Assembly (NCBI GenBank): GCA_965204375.1
Contig: OZ241986.1
Location: 5,696,001-5,760,000 of the forward strand
Reading direction: 5' to 3'
From: Candidatus Latescibacterota bacterium
GTDB lineage: Bacteria > Latescibacterota > UBA2968
Length of the DNA: 64,000 nucleotides
Shown in pieces: positions 35,423-45,578 of this stretch. How positions within the stretch are numbered: the stretch's first letter is position 1; the number at the start of each line of letters is the position of its first letter. Under the pieces are notes generated by a model. That model ran no database searches. It was given only the letters and a program-made list of their open reading frames with translations, and had not been told where the DNA came from. The position numbers were made by a program, and so were the translations under genes.

Positions 35423-36568
35423 TCAGACTTTATCAATTCCCTCTTGGGTTTCAGCAATTAGCTGATCGACGACGGCGCGCAATGCCTCTATTTCGGTGGC
35501 ACCCTCCAGGCAGCGGATGCGAAAATGGTCAACCTGTCGGTCAGCGCTACTGCCGTCACGGATAATTTCGGATACGCGGTGTAATTCATCTTCGCAGCCG
35601 AGTGCGTGGGCGTCTTCGTCTAACTGTTCAATTAGTCCGCGTGCGTAGTCGTCGATGTCCATGCGCCCGCCGTCGCGCGTATCCCCAAGGAACGCAAATA
35701 CCCCGTAGCGCTGTGCAAGCCAGCGATTCTCGGCGATGATTTCGGTGCGTGGCTCAGGGGGCAGGGTGTCCGCTCGCGCCTGTCGCAGCAGCATGCGGAT
35801 GAGGGATGCGTAGAGTGCGACAATGCATACTGCGTCTTCAACGCGGGAACAGGTGTCGCAGATGCGTATTTCCACTGTTGGATAAGCGTTGCCGGGGCGG
35901 ATGTCCCACCAGAGTTCGCCGCCGTCTCCGATGAAGTTCAGGCGCTGGTAGTCTTCTACGAGTTGTTCGTATTCGGCCTGGGAGTACAGGGGTCCGGGAA
36001 GGCCTGTGCGCGGGAGGGCACTGAAGATGTTCAGGCGATAGGATTTGAAGCCGGTGAGGTTTCCGCCGCTGAATGGCGACGAGGTAGATAGTGCGTGGAG
36101 CAGGGGCAGGTACCGGCGAAGTGCGGTCATGACGCGGATGCGTTCATCCGGGTTACCGAAGCTGGCATGGATGTGCATGCCCCCGATGAGCAATCGCCGC
36201 ACGGATTCCTGGTATGTGACTTCAAAGTCCTCATAGCGCTTTTGGGGTGTGGGCGTCTGTGCTGACCACGACGCGAAGGGATGAGTAGAGGCAGCGATCA
36301 CTGCGGCACCGTACTGTGCAGCACCTTCAATGACTATCCGGCGGGTCTCCATCAGTGCTGTGCGGACTTCGGCTATTGATGTGCAGACGCGGGTGTTGGT
36401 CTCTATTTGGGAGCGCAGAAATTCCGTTACTACTTTGTGCGGTCCGCTGTTTTTTTCGCAAACGGCGAGGATGCCCGGGTCGGGGTCGGCAACGAGGTCG
36501 CGGGTGTTGGGGTCAACGAGAAAGAATTCTTCTTCGACGCCGAGGGTGATTGTGAGGTCTTTATCCAT
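35423..36568 (-). CDS. Carboxylate-amine ligase (YbdK/GCS2 family)
   Basis: 'TLGVEEEF', 'GMHIH', 'LSTSSPF', 'LWWDIRP...TVEIRICD'. Confidence 0.92.
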   Translation of the reverse strand: MDKDLTITLGVEEEFFLVDPNTRDLVADPDPGILAVCEKNSGPHKVVTEFLRSQIETNTRVCTSIAEVRTALMETRRIVIEGAAQYGAAVIAASTHPFASWSAQTPTPQKRYEDFEVTYQESVRRLLIGGMHIHASFGNPDERIRVMTALRRYLPLLHALSTSSPFSGGNLTGFKSYRLNIFSALPRTGLPGPLYSQAEYEQLVEDYQRLNFIGDGGELWWDIRPGNAYPTVEIRICDTCSRVEDAVCIVALYASLIRMLLRQARADTLPPEPRTEIIAENRWLAQRYGVFAFLGDTRDGGRMDIDDYARGLIEQLDEDAHALGCEDELHRVSEIIRDGSSADRQVDHFRIRCLEGATEIEALRAVVDQLIAETQEGIDKV

Positions 36569-36578
36569 ATTGGGCCTT

Positions 36579-37274
36579 TTATGCGATTGATTCGGCCAAT
36601 TCTGTAAAATCGGCGACTGTTACATCTGCGCGATATGGAGAGTCTTCGTAGGGCAGGTTATAGCGGTTCACGTATGCACCTCGCATACCGCACGCGCGGG
36701 CACCTACCACGTCAAATGAATTGGCCGATACCATCATGCATTCGCCTACTTCCAGTCCGAGGATTTGCGCGGCGCGGCGATACACGGCGGGATGCGGTTT
36801 GAATGCGCCCATTGTCGTTACGGAGATGACGGCGTCGAAATCCCATTGAATCCGGTTTTTCGCCAGGTGATCGAGAAAGGCAGGATCGCCGTTGGATAGT
36901 CCGACGAGTTTGTAACGCGTAGCCAATTTCTCCAGCCCTGCTCTGACTTCGGGAAAGGGTGACAGTTCCTGCCAGCAGGCGAGAAATGTCTGTACTTCCT
37001 CTTTTGACATTTCAATTTTATTCAGGGCGAGCACATATACATAAGCCCGTCGCACTGTTTCCAGGTAGCCCCCGTGCCCGAGCATCATGATTGTGTCTTG
37101 AAATTGTTCCAATCGCTGACGATAGCGCCATTGCTGCCAGAATTGTTCTGCTGTGGTGTCGGCTCCTTTTTTTTGTAGCATTTCGCCGATAAACGGGGTT
37201 AAACTTCCACCCAGATCCAAAATCGTGCCAAATAAGTCAAATGTCAATGCCTGTACTTGGTTGAATTTTGCCAT
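36579..37274 (-). CDS. Haloacid dehalogenase type II (HAD hydrolase)
   Basis: 'FDLFGT', 'LSNG', 'FKPHPAVY', 'MVSANSFDV.GA'. Confidence 0.88.
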   Translation of the reverse strand: MAKFNQVQALTFDLFGTILDLGGSLTPFIGEMLQKKGADTTAEQFWQQWRYRQRLEQFQDTIMMLGHGGYLETVRRAYVYVLALNKIEMSKEEVQTFLACWQELSPFPEVRAGLEKLATRYKLVGLSNGDPAFLDHLAKNRIQWDFDAVISVTTMGAFKPHPAVYRRAAQILGLEVGECMMVSANSFDVVGARACGMRGAYVNRYNLPYEDSPYRADVTVADFTELAESIA

Positions 37275-37360
37275 TAAAACCTCCAGCCTACTTTATTTTT
37301 TATTTTTGACTAAGGACAATCAAGGGTTGATTCGCTACTGCAAATAGTCTATTTTTTCGG

Positions 37361-37621
37361 ATGCTTACTTCTCCAGATAAAAAAACAGTTATCGCAACAA
37401 ACGTCCGTTTTGACAATACTCTTCTGTATGTCGCATTAAGCGATGGGCGCGAAATGAGTCTGCAGTTGGACAATATTCATTGGCTGGACTGGTTATACGG
37501 GGCAACCGATGAACAACGCGCCAACTGGTCAATAGAACCGGGCGGTTTTGCCATTTATTGGGAAGACTTAGATGATGGTATCGAACTTTGCCATCTCTTG
37601 AGTCTTGAATCCCTTTTTTAA
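37361..37621 (+). CDS. DUF2442-family protein (antitoxin-like)
   Basis: 'VALSDGREMS...WL..ATDEQRANW....GG.AIYWEDLDDGI'. Confidence 0.8.
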   Translation: MLTSPDKKTVIATNVRFDNTLLYVALSDGREMSLQLDNIHWLDWLYGATDEQRANWSIEPGGFAIYWEDLDDGIELCHLLSLESLF

Positions 37622-37633
37622 GTTGTTCGACAA

Positions 37634-38629
37634 TCATCTGGGCGAGCGTACCGGTACTTTTACTTTCTGACCTGTGCGAGCAGATTCATGGGCGGCGAGA
37701 GAAATTGCAATGGTGCGCCGACCGTCGAGACCGTTGGACTGCGGTTGTTCGCCTGTGCGGATGCATTGCAAAAAATAAGTCATTTCTTCCAGCAGGCCGT
37801 TGTTCCGCTCATAAGTCATGTGTTCGGGCTTTTCACCTATCCGGTTGAGTGTGAGTTGCGTGCCTGTTCCGCTGGTAATTTTCACTGAGCCTTCAGTGCC
37901 CGCCACGCCCAGTTCATAGCTCCCGCCCGGATAAATTCGGCTGCTGCTCAAGGATCCGATTGCGCCTGAGCTGAATTCCAGGTTGATAAAGATACTTTCC
38001 TCTACGGTGTTATCTGACGCATCGTCGTATCGCATCACTGCTTGAACTGCGCGCACCCCGCCAGCCATCCAGGTCAGTTGATCCAGTTCGTGGCTGTGCA
38101 TTGAAAAAAGCCCGCCGTATCTCTCCTTATCCAATTGCCATCCCGCCACGCCTCCAGGTGCTCCTGTGCCCAAACGCACGGTATGCGCCATGCGAATCTC
38201 GCCGATTTGTCCTTCGTCGATCAGTCGTTTCATTTCGCGGTACGCATTTTGAAATCGTCGCACATACCCGATCATTAAAAAGACACCGGCATGATCAGCG
38301 GCTTCAATCATCGCGTCGCAATCTTCAACCGCGAGTGCCATTGGTTTTTCGCAAAATACATGCGCGCCTGCTGTGGCGGCATCCACTGTAATGGGACTGT
38401 GTACAAAGTTGGGGGTTACGACCAGTACGGCGTCTGGGGATTGCTCCGATAACATGATTTGGTGATTGTCGTAAACAGCCGGTTGGGACGCGAGTTTGTC
38501 GGATAGAGCCTCTGCCGAATCCCGTACATAATCGCAAACTGCCACGAGTTCTGCGCCTTCTATACTCTCTACGTTGGCGGCGTGACGCGATCCTAACCCT
38601 CCACAGCCTACGAGTCCTATTTTGAGCAT
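37634..38629 (-). CDS. Gfo/Idh/MocA oxidoreductase
   Basis: 'GLVGCG', 'HVFCEKPMA'. Confidence 0.93.
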   Translation of the reverse strand: MLKIGLVGCGGLGSRHAANVESIEGAELVAVCDYVRDSAEALSDKLASQPAVYDNHQIMLSEQSPDAVLVVTPNFVHSPITVDAATAGAHVFCEKPMALAVEDCDAMIEAADHAGVFLMIGYVRRFQNAYREMKRLIDEGQIGEIRMAHTVRLGTGAPGGVAGWQLDKERYGGLFSMHSHELDQLTWMAGGVRAVQAVMRYDDASDNTVEESIFINLEFSSGAIGSLSSSRIYPGGSYELGVAGTEGSVKITSGTGTQLTLNRIGEKPEHMTYERNNGLLEEMTYFLQCIRTGEQPQSNGLDGRRTIAISLAAHESARTGQKVKVPVRSPR

Positions 38630-38645
38630 TTGATCATCCTCGTTT

Positions 38646-39659
38646 CTATCTCAGGTGAATAGGCGTACCCCGATCCCGAGCTGATGCTTCAGCGGCGAAG
38701 CAGGCGAGGTGGGTGTTGACCGCTACGGATAGATTATCGTGGGATTCCGCGTCGGTGGTGATACAGTCGATGAAATGGTCGATCATTTCCTGGAAGGGAT
38801 GGTGTGATACTGCGCCACTGTCTGGCAATACGGTTGGAATTTCAGATAGGTCGCGTTGTCCCGGGATTTGTTTTGTATAAAACCGATTGTTGCGGATTAC
38901 GCCTTCGTCGCCAAATACTTCCAGATTGAATACATAGGGCATGAAAAATTCTGTTGATCCGGAGATTTTTCCCGCGGTGCCGCGTTCAAATTGAACTGTA
39001 GCTGCGGTTGTTGCGAGATAGGTTTCGGGATGACTGGAATTGCGGGCGGATACTCCGGATACCTGAACGATGGGGTCATTATCCAGCACGTATCGCGCAG
39101 CATCCATGGCGTGACAGCCCCCGTGTACAATAGCTCCTGCGGTCATGGGATTCCACCCGGGTTTTTCAAATTTTTTTGGACGCTGATGGGTTGGTCCGTG
39201 CCAGTAGTCGGCCTGTACGAGAAGGGGCTGTCCGATCCATCCCTTTTCAATGGCTTGTTTGATGGATAGGACCATCGGGTTCCATCGCAGGACAAAGCTC
39301 ACGACGGTTTTTACCCCGGCTTTTTGAACCGCAGCATCCATGGCGTGAAGTTCGTCGGGATTCAGGGCCACTGGTTTTTCGATCAGGATGTGTTTGCCGG
39401 ATTCGGCTGCTGCGATGGTTTCTGCTGCGTGTAAATCCGGGGGTGTGCAAATCGATACCAGATCCACGCCTGGATGGGCGAGCATGCGGTCGTAAGAATC
39501 GAATAATTCACAATCTATACCACAGGCAATGGCCTTTTTCTGAGCACTTTCCATTGTGCGGCTGCCAATGGCTACGACCCGGGTATGGGGATTGTTCTGG
39601 TATGCTTTGATATGTTCGGTGGATACATTTCCCGCGCCTTGAATTGCTACTCCGATCAT
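38646..39659 (-). CDS. Gfo/Idh/MocA oxidoreductase
   Basis: 'GAG', 'HILIEKPVA', 'GCHAMD'. Confidence 0.93.
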   Translation of the reverse strand: MIGVAIQGAGNVSTEHIKAYQNNPHTRVVAIGSRTMESAQKKAIACGIDCELFDSYDRMLAHPGVDLVSICTPPDLHAAETIAAAESGKHILIEKPVALNPDELHAMDAAVQKAGVKTVVSFVLRWNPMVLSIKQAIEKGWIGQPLLVQADYWHGPTHQRPKKFEKPGWNPMTAGAIVHGGCHAMDAARYVLDNDPIVQVSGVSARNSSHPETYLATTAATVQFERGTAGKISGSTEFFMPYVFNLEVFGDEGVIRNNRFYTKQIPGQRDLSEIPTVLPDSGAVSHHPFQEMIDHFIDCITTDAESHDNLSVAVNTHLACFAAEASARDRGTPIHLR

Positions 39660-39671
39660 TGGGTTTCCTTT

Positions 39672-41636
39672 TTAGTAATTGTGTACATTGTGCCCGCGTG
39701 CGGGGAACCACACCCAATCGATGGCAAAGACCAGAGCCGTGCTCACGGCCTGGGCGACGATCAATCCAATAAAAAAGGGCTTGCCGCGTTCGTAGAGATC
39801 CACGCCGCCTATTCTCATCAGCAGCGATTTGATTGCCCAGACGATCACAATTGAAAAGAAGATCTTTGTGACGCCGTAGTTGCCCTGGATGGCCAGGCCA
39901 ATGGGGTGCAGGGGCCACCAGGGGAGCCAATAGCGCGCGAGTGTGAACGCGGCCATAGCTGCTGCACCGATTAAAGCCCATATTGCCAACCCGCCTTTGC
40001 CTCCCATTGGAATTGGGTTGCGGATGGCGTTGATCGCATAGTCAAATGCGCCCGGCGCGGCTTTTTTGAGTCCCATGTTACCCAGGTTGTACGCGCCATA
40101 AGCGTATCCCAGGTACAGTGTGTTGGCGACGGAAACCATATAACCCAGGATGAGTGATATCCCGATCATCAGGGCAATTTGTCTGGGTTTTACCACGCGA
40201 TCTACGGCTTTGACGGATTGTGTCATGGCGGGCATAACATAGCCTTTGCCTGCGCTGTTAAATATCCGCATAAACGATAGGATTGTGACACTTTGCCCGT
40301 TGATTGTCGGTGTGCCCCAAATTTGCAATACTGCGTCAAACGGCTGGACCTGATAGTACACGTACACGAGGCCGAGTTCGGCAACTACGCGCGAGAGGCC
40401 CAAAAATGTCAACAGGGCAATTGGCAAAAATGTGAGAATGACAAATAGTGCCAGGCCCGCGGCGTATAACCACGTAGCGACAAATAACAGGGAGACGATC
40501 AGTCCGATTACAGCCGTGCGATACGATAGCAATTCGCCGCTGTCATCGACTTCGCAATCTGGTTGCACGGCTTTTCGCCAGACATCTGTGAGGTGTGCAC
40601 GGCCCATCCACAGGCTCCAGATCGCCAGAAAAATGAGTGCGCCCCCGCTTTGCCAACCCAGTGCTGGACTTTGCCACTGGCGGTCTGCTGCGCCTGGCGT
40701 GTACCCGAATTTGTTAAATAAAAGGACTTCAAAGCCCGATAAAAACACCCATACCCAAACGCTGAACAGCACGTCCAATCGCGCAAAATAACCGAAGCCA
40801 ATTGCGTAAAAACTGACTCTGCGAATTAAAAAAGGAAAGTCGGGGTAGAACCGAAACTGCCCGCCTTCAAACGGGATGTGCGGAAAAATCGGTGTGAAGT
40901 ACGACCCGATGTTCCAGACTTTCAGCAACATCACAAGTCCAAATGCGATCCAGAACAGCGGCGACGAAAAAACCTGAGATAGCCTGCCCCCTTGTTGGGT
41001 CTCGGTCAATAGGGTGCCCACTTCTACGATGGGATAGGTCAGGCGTTCGTGATCTACCCACTGTCGGCGCAACATGACGACCACACAAAAGACGGCAAAT
41101 GCGACTGCGCCGAGGAAGCAGGTCCACCAGAAAAGCGGGGTTACCCACGCGCCGAGTGCGGGGACATGGCCTGCGGGCGTGCCCTCGTAAAACCAGTTCA
41201 TCGCACCCGTATCATTTTGCGGTGCCAACCAGGTTGGGATATTGTGATGGAGATAAAAATTCCATCCGTTTTCGGGCGTTGCAAAATAATACACCCCGGC
41301 TAAGACACCGATGAGGTGTCCGGTAACGCCGTCATAAGGTACAATTGCGGCGACGAGTCCCATCCCCAAAACCACGCGCAATTCTGGTGGTGTGAGAACG
41401 AGAGAGGGCAAGAACCGGCGCGCGATGATGTTCAATACGGCAAGCGATAAGAATGGAAAGAGCAGTGCCAGGGGGAAATGGCTGCGGCTGATATTGGAGC
41501 CGCTCATGTAGTAGGCCATCCACTCGTCCCACAAGACGGTTGCGACGATGATCACGATGGCTACAAAAATCGCCCGGGGTGTTACGGCGCGACCGCTTTG
41601 TACCTCAGTTGTCCGATATGTCGATGCTTCTGCCAT
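39672..41636 (-). CDS. DUF6785/DUF6784-like polytopic membrane protein (putative transporter)
   Basis: 'YYFATPENGW', 'LRRQWVDHERLTYPI', 'PWWPLHPIG', 'KPFFIGLI'. Confidence 0.75.
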   Translation of the reverse strand: MAEASTYRTTEVQSGRAVTPRAIFVAIVIIVATVLWDEWMAYYMSGSNISRSHFPLALLFPFLSLAVLNIIARRFLPSLVLTPPELRVVLGMGLVAAIVPYDGVTGHLIGVLAGVYYFATPENGWNFYLHHNIPTWLAPQNDTGAMNWFYEGTPAGHVPALGAWVTPLFWWTCFLGAVAFAVFCVVVMLRRQWVDHERLTYPIVEVGTLLTETQQGGRLSQVFSSPLFWIAFGLVMLLKVWNIGSYFTPIFPHIPFEGGQFRFYPDFPFLIRRVSFYAIGFGYFARLDVLFSVWVWVFLSGFEVLLFNKFGYTPGAADRQWQSPALGWQSGGALIFLAIWSLWMGRAHLTDVWRKAVQPDCEVDDSGELLSYRTAVIGLIVSLLFVATWLYAAGLALFVILTFLPIALLTFLGLSRVVAELGLVYVYYQVQPFDAVLQIWGTPTINGQSVTILSFMRIFNSAGKGYVMPAMTQSVKAVDRVVKPRQIALMIGISLILGYMVSVANTLYLGYAYGAYNLGNMGLKKAAPGAFDYAINAIRNPIPMGGKGGLAIWALIGAAAMAAFTLARYWLPWWPLHPIGLAIQGNYGVTKIFFSIVIVWAIKSLLMRIGGVDLYERGKPFFIGLIVAQAVSTALVFAIDWVWFPARGHNVHNY

Positions 41637-41637
41637 C

Positions 41638-43533
41638 TTATTTTATATGCCAATCGGGGTCTTCGAGGGCTTCATAAACCACGCCGCCTTCGACCTGCAT
41701 CGGCATGGGTACACCGGTGAGATAACAGATTGTGGGTGCGACATCGATTGAGCGCACTTGTTTTGTGAGCATGCCGGTCTGCTTAATCCCCGCGCCTGCA
41801 ATTACAAATGTCGAATGCTGCCCGGCCATGCCAAAGCTCACCGAGGGCAATTGCTTGCCGTGAGCACCGTCAAATTCGGGATGCAGTGCATAGACCACGT
41901 CGCCGACCAGATCGCTCCACAAGTTGACCATTTCGGCATTTTCGCGGCTCAGAGCCAGCGCGAAGGGGTGGCGCCCGGTGGCTTCGTCTTTGTATTCCAT
42001 CAGCGCGGCAATTAGTTCTCGACGCACGGTTTCGTAATCTTCTTGAGAAACGATTCCGTCGGGTTCGCGTCCTTCCAGATTGATGAAGATATGCACCAAT
42101 CCCACATCGCATGCGCGCGTTTTGCTCCAGTCGATTTGCCCATTTTCGTGATATTTTACAAATCCCGTTTCTGTGAGGACTTTGCGGATGTTGACCGCGG
42201 GGAATTGATTGGACGTGCCGCCGTGATCGGCCACGACTGCGACGACGGTATCGTCATCGGCAATATCGTCAACGATGCGCCCGATCATGCGATCAATTGA
42301 CTGATAGGTGCGGAAGACACCTTCGCGCGACCGTTCGAGGACCGATTGCTCGGCACCGCTTGTGGGATCGGCCTGTCCCAGGAAGAAGTGGCTCGTATAA
42401 TCCGAAGCGTGCGTTTCGATCATGAGCAGATCCCAGGTGCGAGATCCCGTCAGGTACTGCGCCACATCGGCCAGTCGCTGGTGGTGGAATTCCAGCACTT
42501 CGAAATACGTGTCGTCGTCGATTGTGCCCAGGGCATCGCGGCCGGGGTTTTGCAAGAAGTTACCGACGTTTTCGTCGATTTCTCGCGCGATTGACGCCGG
42601 TTTGGTATAGCCATCGGGAGGCCAGATTTGCGGTACGAATAGCTCGAACATATCGGCATTTTCGGTCAGGGAGATCAGCTTCATCTGTACGTAGCCGCTT
42701 ACCTGTTCGTCGTCAATTTCAAATGTGTCGAGCCACCAATCGCTCCATTCGCCCGCGCCGAGGTCACACACTTTTGTATCTCCGTCGCGCGTGCGACAGA
42801 CGGACACGCGGTCGTATCCCTTTGCGGTTGTCGCGTAGATCAAACCGTAGAACGGTTTGGGCGTGCCCTTTTTTCCCCGGTTCATGGGGGCGCGTCCGCG
42901 CGCCAGAGGCGTGATCACCATTTCGACTTCGAGCGGTGGTTTTTCGGAGTCGGGTAGCGCTGTCCACCCATCTGCCGCTTTGAGGGTGACGGGATCAAAT
43001 TCCGATACTGTTTGCAGGGCGCTCGGGTCCAGTGTTTCGGGATCGCGCTGTACGACCAGTCGCCGCGGTGCCCACTTGCCTCCTACAAATAAGTGATAGC
43101 CCGCGACCTGGTGGTGATTGGATACACCGGGTCCCGTGCCTTCTACCTGGATTCCGGTCGTTACGGTGGGCGGCCACGACATTTCCCATTTGACCAGAAT
43201 CGGCGTTTTACCCGCGCGCTCATAAGTGTTCCAGATGTATTCGGATTTGGACAGATCCGTATTGATGCCCCATACGGTCTGGTCCAGCCGTTTGCCCAGG
43301 GCGCGGATGTTAAAGTCCATGACCTCGTGATTGCCCGGCCATGATCCCGTGGCTATGGCCGTCCATCCCGGCGGCGTGAGAGTGGGAAACACGCCAATCA
43401 TGGGGCGCCATGCCCCGCGTTCCATAAGTTTTGCGATATTGGGCATGTGCCCCCAGTCGGCCAGGTTTTTCACAATTTCCATGCTCGCCCCATCCATCCC
43501 TATGACAATCGCCTTCTTTGCTGGACTTTCCAT
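41638..43533 (-). CDS. Alkaline phosphatase-superfamily phosphodiesterase/nucleotide pyrophosphatase
   Basis: 'VIGMDGA', 'PTLTPPGWTAIATG', 'ADHG', 'DVAPT'. Start follows GAGGAGG. Confidence 0.85.
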   Translation of the reverse strand: MESPAKKAIVIGMDGASMEIVKNLADWGHMPNIAKLMERGAWRPMIGVFPTLTPPGWTAIATGSWPGNHEVMDFNIRALGKRLDQTVWGINTDLSKSEYIWNTYERAGKTPILVKWEMSWPPTVTTGIQVEGTGPGVSNHHQVAGYHLFVGGKWAPRRLVVQRDPETLDPSALQTVSEFDPVTLKAADGWTALPDSEKPPLEVEMVITPLARGRAPMNRGKKGTPKPFYGLIYATTAKGYDRVSVCRTRDGDTKVCDLGAGEWSDWWLDTFEIDDEQVSGYVQMKLISLTENADMFELFVPQIWPPDGYTKPASIAREIDENVGNFLQNPGRDALGTIDDDTYFEVLEFHHQRLADVAQYLTGSRTWDLLMIETHASDYTSHFFLGQADPTSGAEQSVLERSREGVFRTYQSIDRMIGRIVDDIADDDTVVAVVADHGGTSNQFPAVNIRKVLTETGFVKYHENGQIDWSKTRACDVGLVHIFINLEGREPDGIVSQEDYETVRRELIAALMEYKDEATGRHPFALALSRENAEMVNLWSDLVGDVVYALHPEFDGAHGKQLPSVSFGMAGQHSTFVIAGAGIKQTGMLTKQVRSIDVAPTICYLTGVPMPMQVEGGVVYEALEDPDWHIK

Positions 43534-43543
43534 ATATTCCTCC

Positions 43544-44848
43544 TCAAAGTGATTGAAGAACGTCTCGCGTTTTTGAGAGCGTTTCATCTATATCTGTTTG
43601 TGAATGTGCAAACGATATACTGCCTTGCTTTGTTGCCAGTGGAAAGTGATAGATACCCTTTTCAATCAATGCGCGGCGATACCGCTCGTCAAGCGCGAAA
43701 TCGTGGTGTTCGGCAATATCGTGCCAATCAACGGGCGCGTGGTCCATAAAATAGACGCAAAAAGCCGATCCCTGTCGGGAAATTGTCACTTCTATTCCGG
43801 CTTCTTCGAATAATGCCGTCAATTCCGTTTCCAATTGCTCGCCCGCCGCGTAAAGGTGTTCAAAATCTGCCGATGCGAGTTTTTCCATTGTGGCAATGGC
43901 GCCCGCGCATGATATGGGATGGGCGTTGTACGTTCCCGCGATTAACACGCGCTTTGCTGGATTTTCGTGGACAAAATAATCCATGAGCGACGCCCGTCCG
44001 CCAATCGCGCCAATGGGATAGCCATTGGCTATTGCTTTGCCAAATACGGACAGGTCTGGCATGATGCCACATATGCTTTGATAGCCTCCCATTGCGTGGC
44101 GAAATCCCGTTTTTACTTCGTCGAATATTAGCACAATCCCTCGCGCATCGCACAAATCACGCAATCCCTGTAAATAGCCCGCTTGCGGATGTACGATGCC
44201 GATATTTTGCAATATTGGCTCGAGGATCAGCGCGGCAATATCGTACTTGTCCATTGCCCAGCGTACGGAGTTGAGGTCGTTAAAATTTACTACATGTACA
44301 TCGTCCAATGCGCTATTGGGCACGCCGGCTGAGAGCGGTTTTTTTTTGTATTCACCCGGAGAGACACGCGGTCCGATTGCATCTATCGGCGTCATGACAT
44401 TCAAAGCCACGTCATTGTGCCAGCCGTTATATCCTCCCTGCATTACGATGACGCCATTGCGCCCCGTGTGCGCCCGCGCGATTCGAATGGCGTGATAGGT
44501 GGCTTCCGATCCGGTATTGGTGAGCATGACTTTTTCGACGGACGGTACGTGTTTTACAATTAATGCGGCGCAATGCCCTTCCCAGGGATTGGTGCCCGAT
44601 CCCATCAGTGTTGTGCCATCGGCGAGTACTTTTGCGACTGCCGCGTTTACATCCGGATCATTGTGTCCGAGAATAAATGGCGCGAATGCCGCGTGATAGT
44701 CGATGTATTCATTGCCGTCTGCATCCCACACATGGCTGCCTTGTCCGCGCACAAAGGCAATTTCCGGCGCGACGGCGCGGTTGACTGATACCACGCCTCC
44801 GGGGATGACTTTGCGGTTTTTTTGGAAGATTGTTTTGGAAGACGGCAT
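43544..44848 (-). CDS. Class III aminotransferase (glutamate-1-semialdehyde aminomutase-like)
   Basis: 'WDADGNEYIDY', 'LIFDEVKTGFR', 'FGKAIANGYP'. The catabolic context suggests a hemL paralog. Confidence 0.88.
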   Translation of the reverse strand: MPSSKTIFQKNRKVIPGGVVSVNRAVAPEIAFVRGQGSHVWDADGNEYIDYHAAFAPFILGHNDPDVNAAVAKVLADGTTLMGSGTNPWEGHCAALIVKHVPSVEKVMLTNTGSEATYHAIRIARAHTGRNGVIVMQGGYNGWHNDVALNVMTPIDAIGPRVSPGEYKKKPLSAGVPNSALDDVHVVNFNDLNSVRWAMDKYDIAALILEPILQNIGIVHPQAGYLQGLRDLCDARGIVLIFDEVKTGFRHAMGGYQSICGIMPDLSVFGKAIANGYPIGAIGGRASLMDYFVHENPAKRVLIAGTYNAHPISCAGAIATMEKLASADFEHLYAAGEQLETELTALFEEAGIEVTISRQGSAFCVYFMDHAPVDWHDIAEHHDFALDERYRRALIEKGIYHFPLATKQGSISFAHSQTDIDETLSKTRDVLQSL

Positions 44849-44864
44849 AGCATACGCCCTTAAA

Positions 44865-45578
44865 TCACACGTCGCGTTTGTAGTAATTTTCCCAGCGTTC
44901 AGCCGGTTCGTAACCCAAAATGCGTTTTGCTTTTTCCATGGTGTATTTCTGGTGCGCTGTCATACTCACCATGTTGAATTCCTGATAATTATCCGGCACG
45001 GATTCGATATCCAGCGCGAGACAACACGCATGCGATAGGTCTTTCCAGAATATGCGAAATGGGGGGAAGTCTTCGCCTTTGATCGGCTCACTCGGCTCCA
45101 GACCCAGGCTGTTGAATACAAAACAAATTGTCTGTATATTGTAAATCCGCGCATATGTGCGACAAATCTCGTAGCTGAGCATTTTGGTTATGCCGTAATA
45201 CCCGGTGCCGGGGGCGCGAGGGACATCGGTGATTTCAAAATCCTGATCGTAATAACTCCGCACCAGTTGTGGTCCCGTATGTACCACTTTTTTGATGCCC
45301 AATTCGGCGGCGGCTTTCATGACATGCAATGCGCCCAGTGTACTGACGTGAAAGCTCAGTATGGGGTCGGGACGGTTCACTGTAAAATTCATCACCGCGT
45401 CCATGCCGTGCATGGCGTCGCGCACCTGGTCGTAATGGCGCATATCTACATGTTCGATGGGTCTGCCGTCGGGATAGGGCTTTATGTCGGCCAGTATGAG
45501 ATCGCAATGCGATTCCATATCCGGTATGATATTGGGTGCGATTTGCCCGGAAGCACCCAGCAAAAGTACTTTTTTCAC
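44865..45578 (-). CDS. NAD-dependent epimerase/dehydratase
   Basis: 'LLGASGQI' and YxxxK (YGITK). Confidence 0.85.
   Translation of the reverse strand: MKKVLLLGASGQIAPNIIPDMESHCDLILADIKPYPDGRPIEHVDMRHYDQVRDAMHGMDAVMNFTVNRPDPILSFHVSTLGALHVMKAAAELGIKKVVHTGPQLVRSYYDQDFEITDVPRAPGTGYYGITKMLSYEICRTYARIYNIQTICFVFNSLGLEPSEPIKGEDFPPFRIFWKDLSHACCLALDIESVPDNYQEFNMVSMTAHQKYTMEKAKRILGYEPAERWENYYKRDV

Noticed and set aside
43544-44848. Assigning the symbol hemL
   Set aside because: No heme-pathway neighbours and a catabolic context, so it cannot be distinguished from a paralog.
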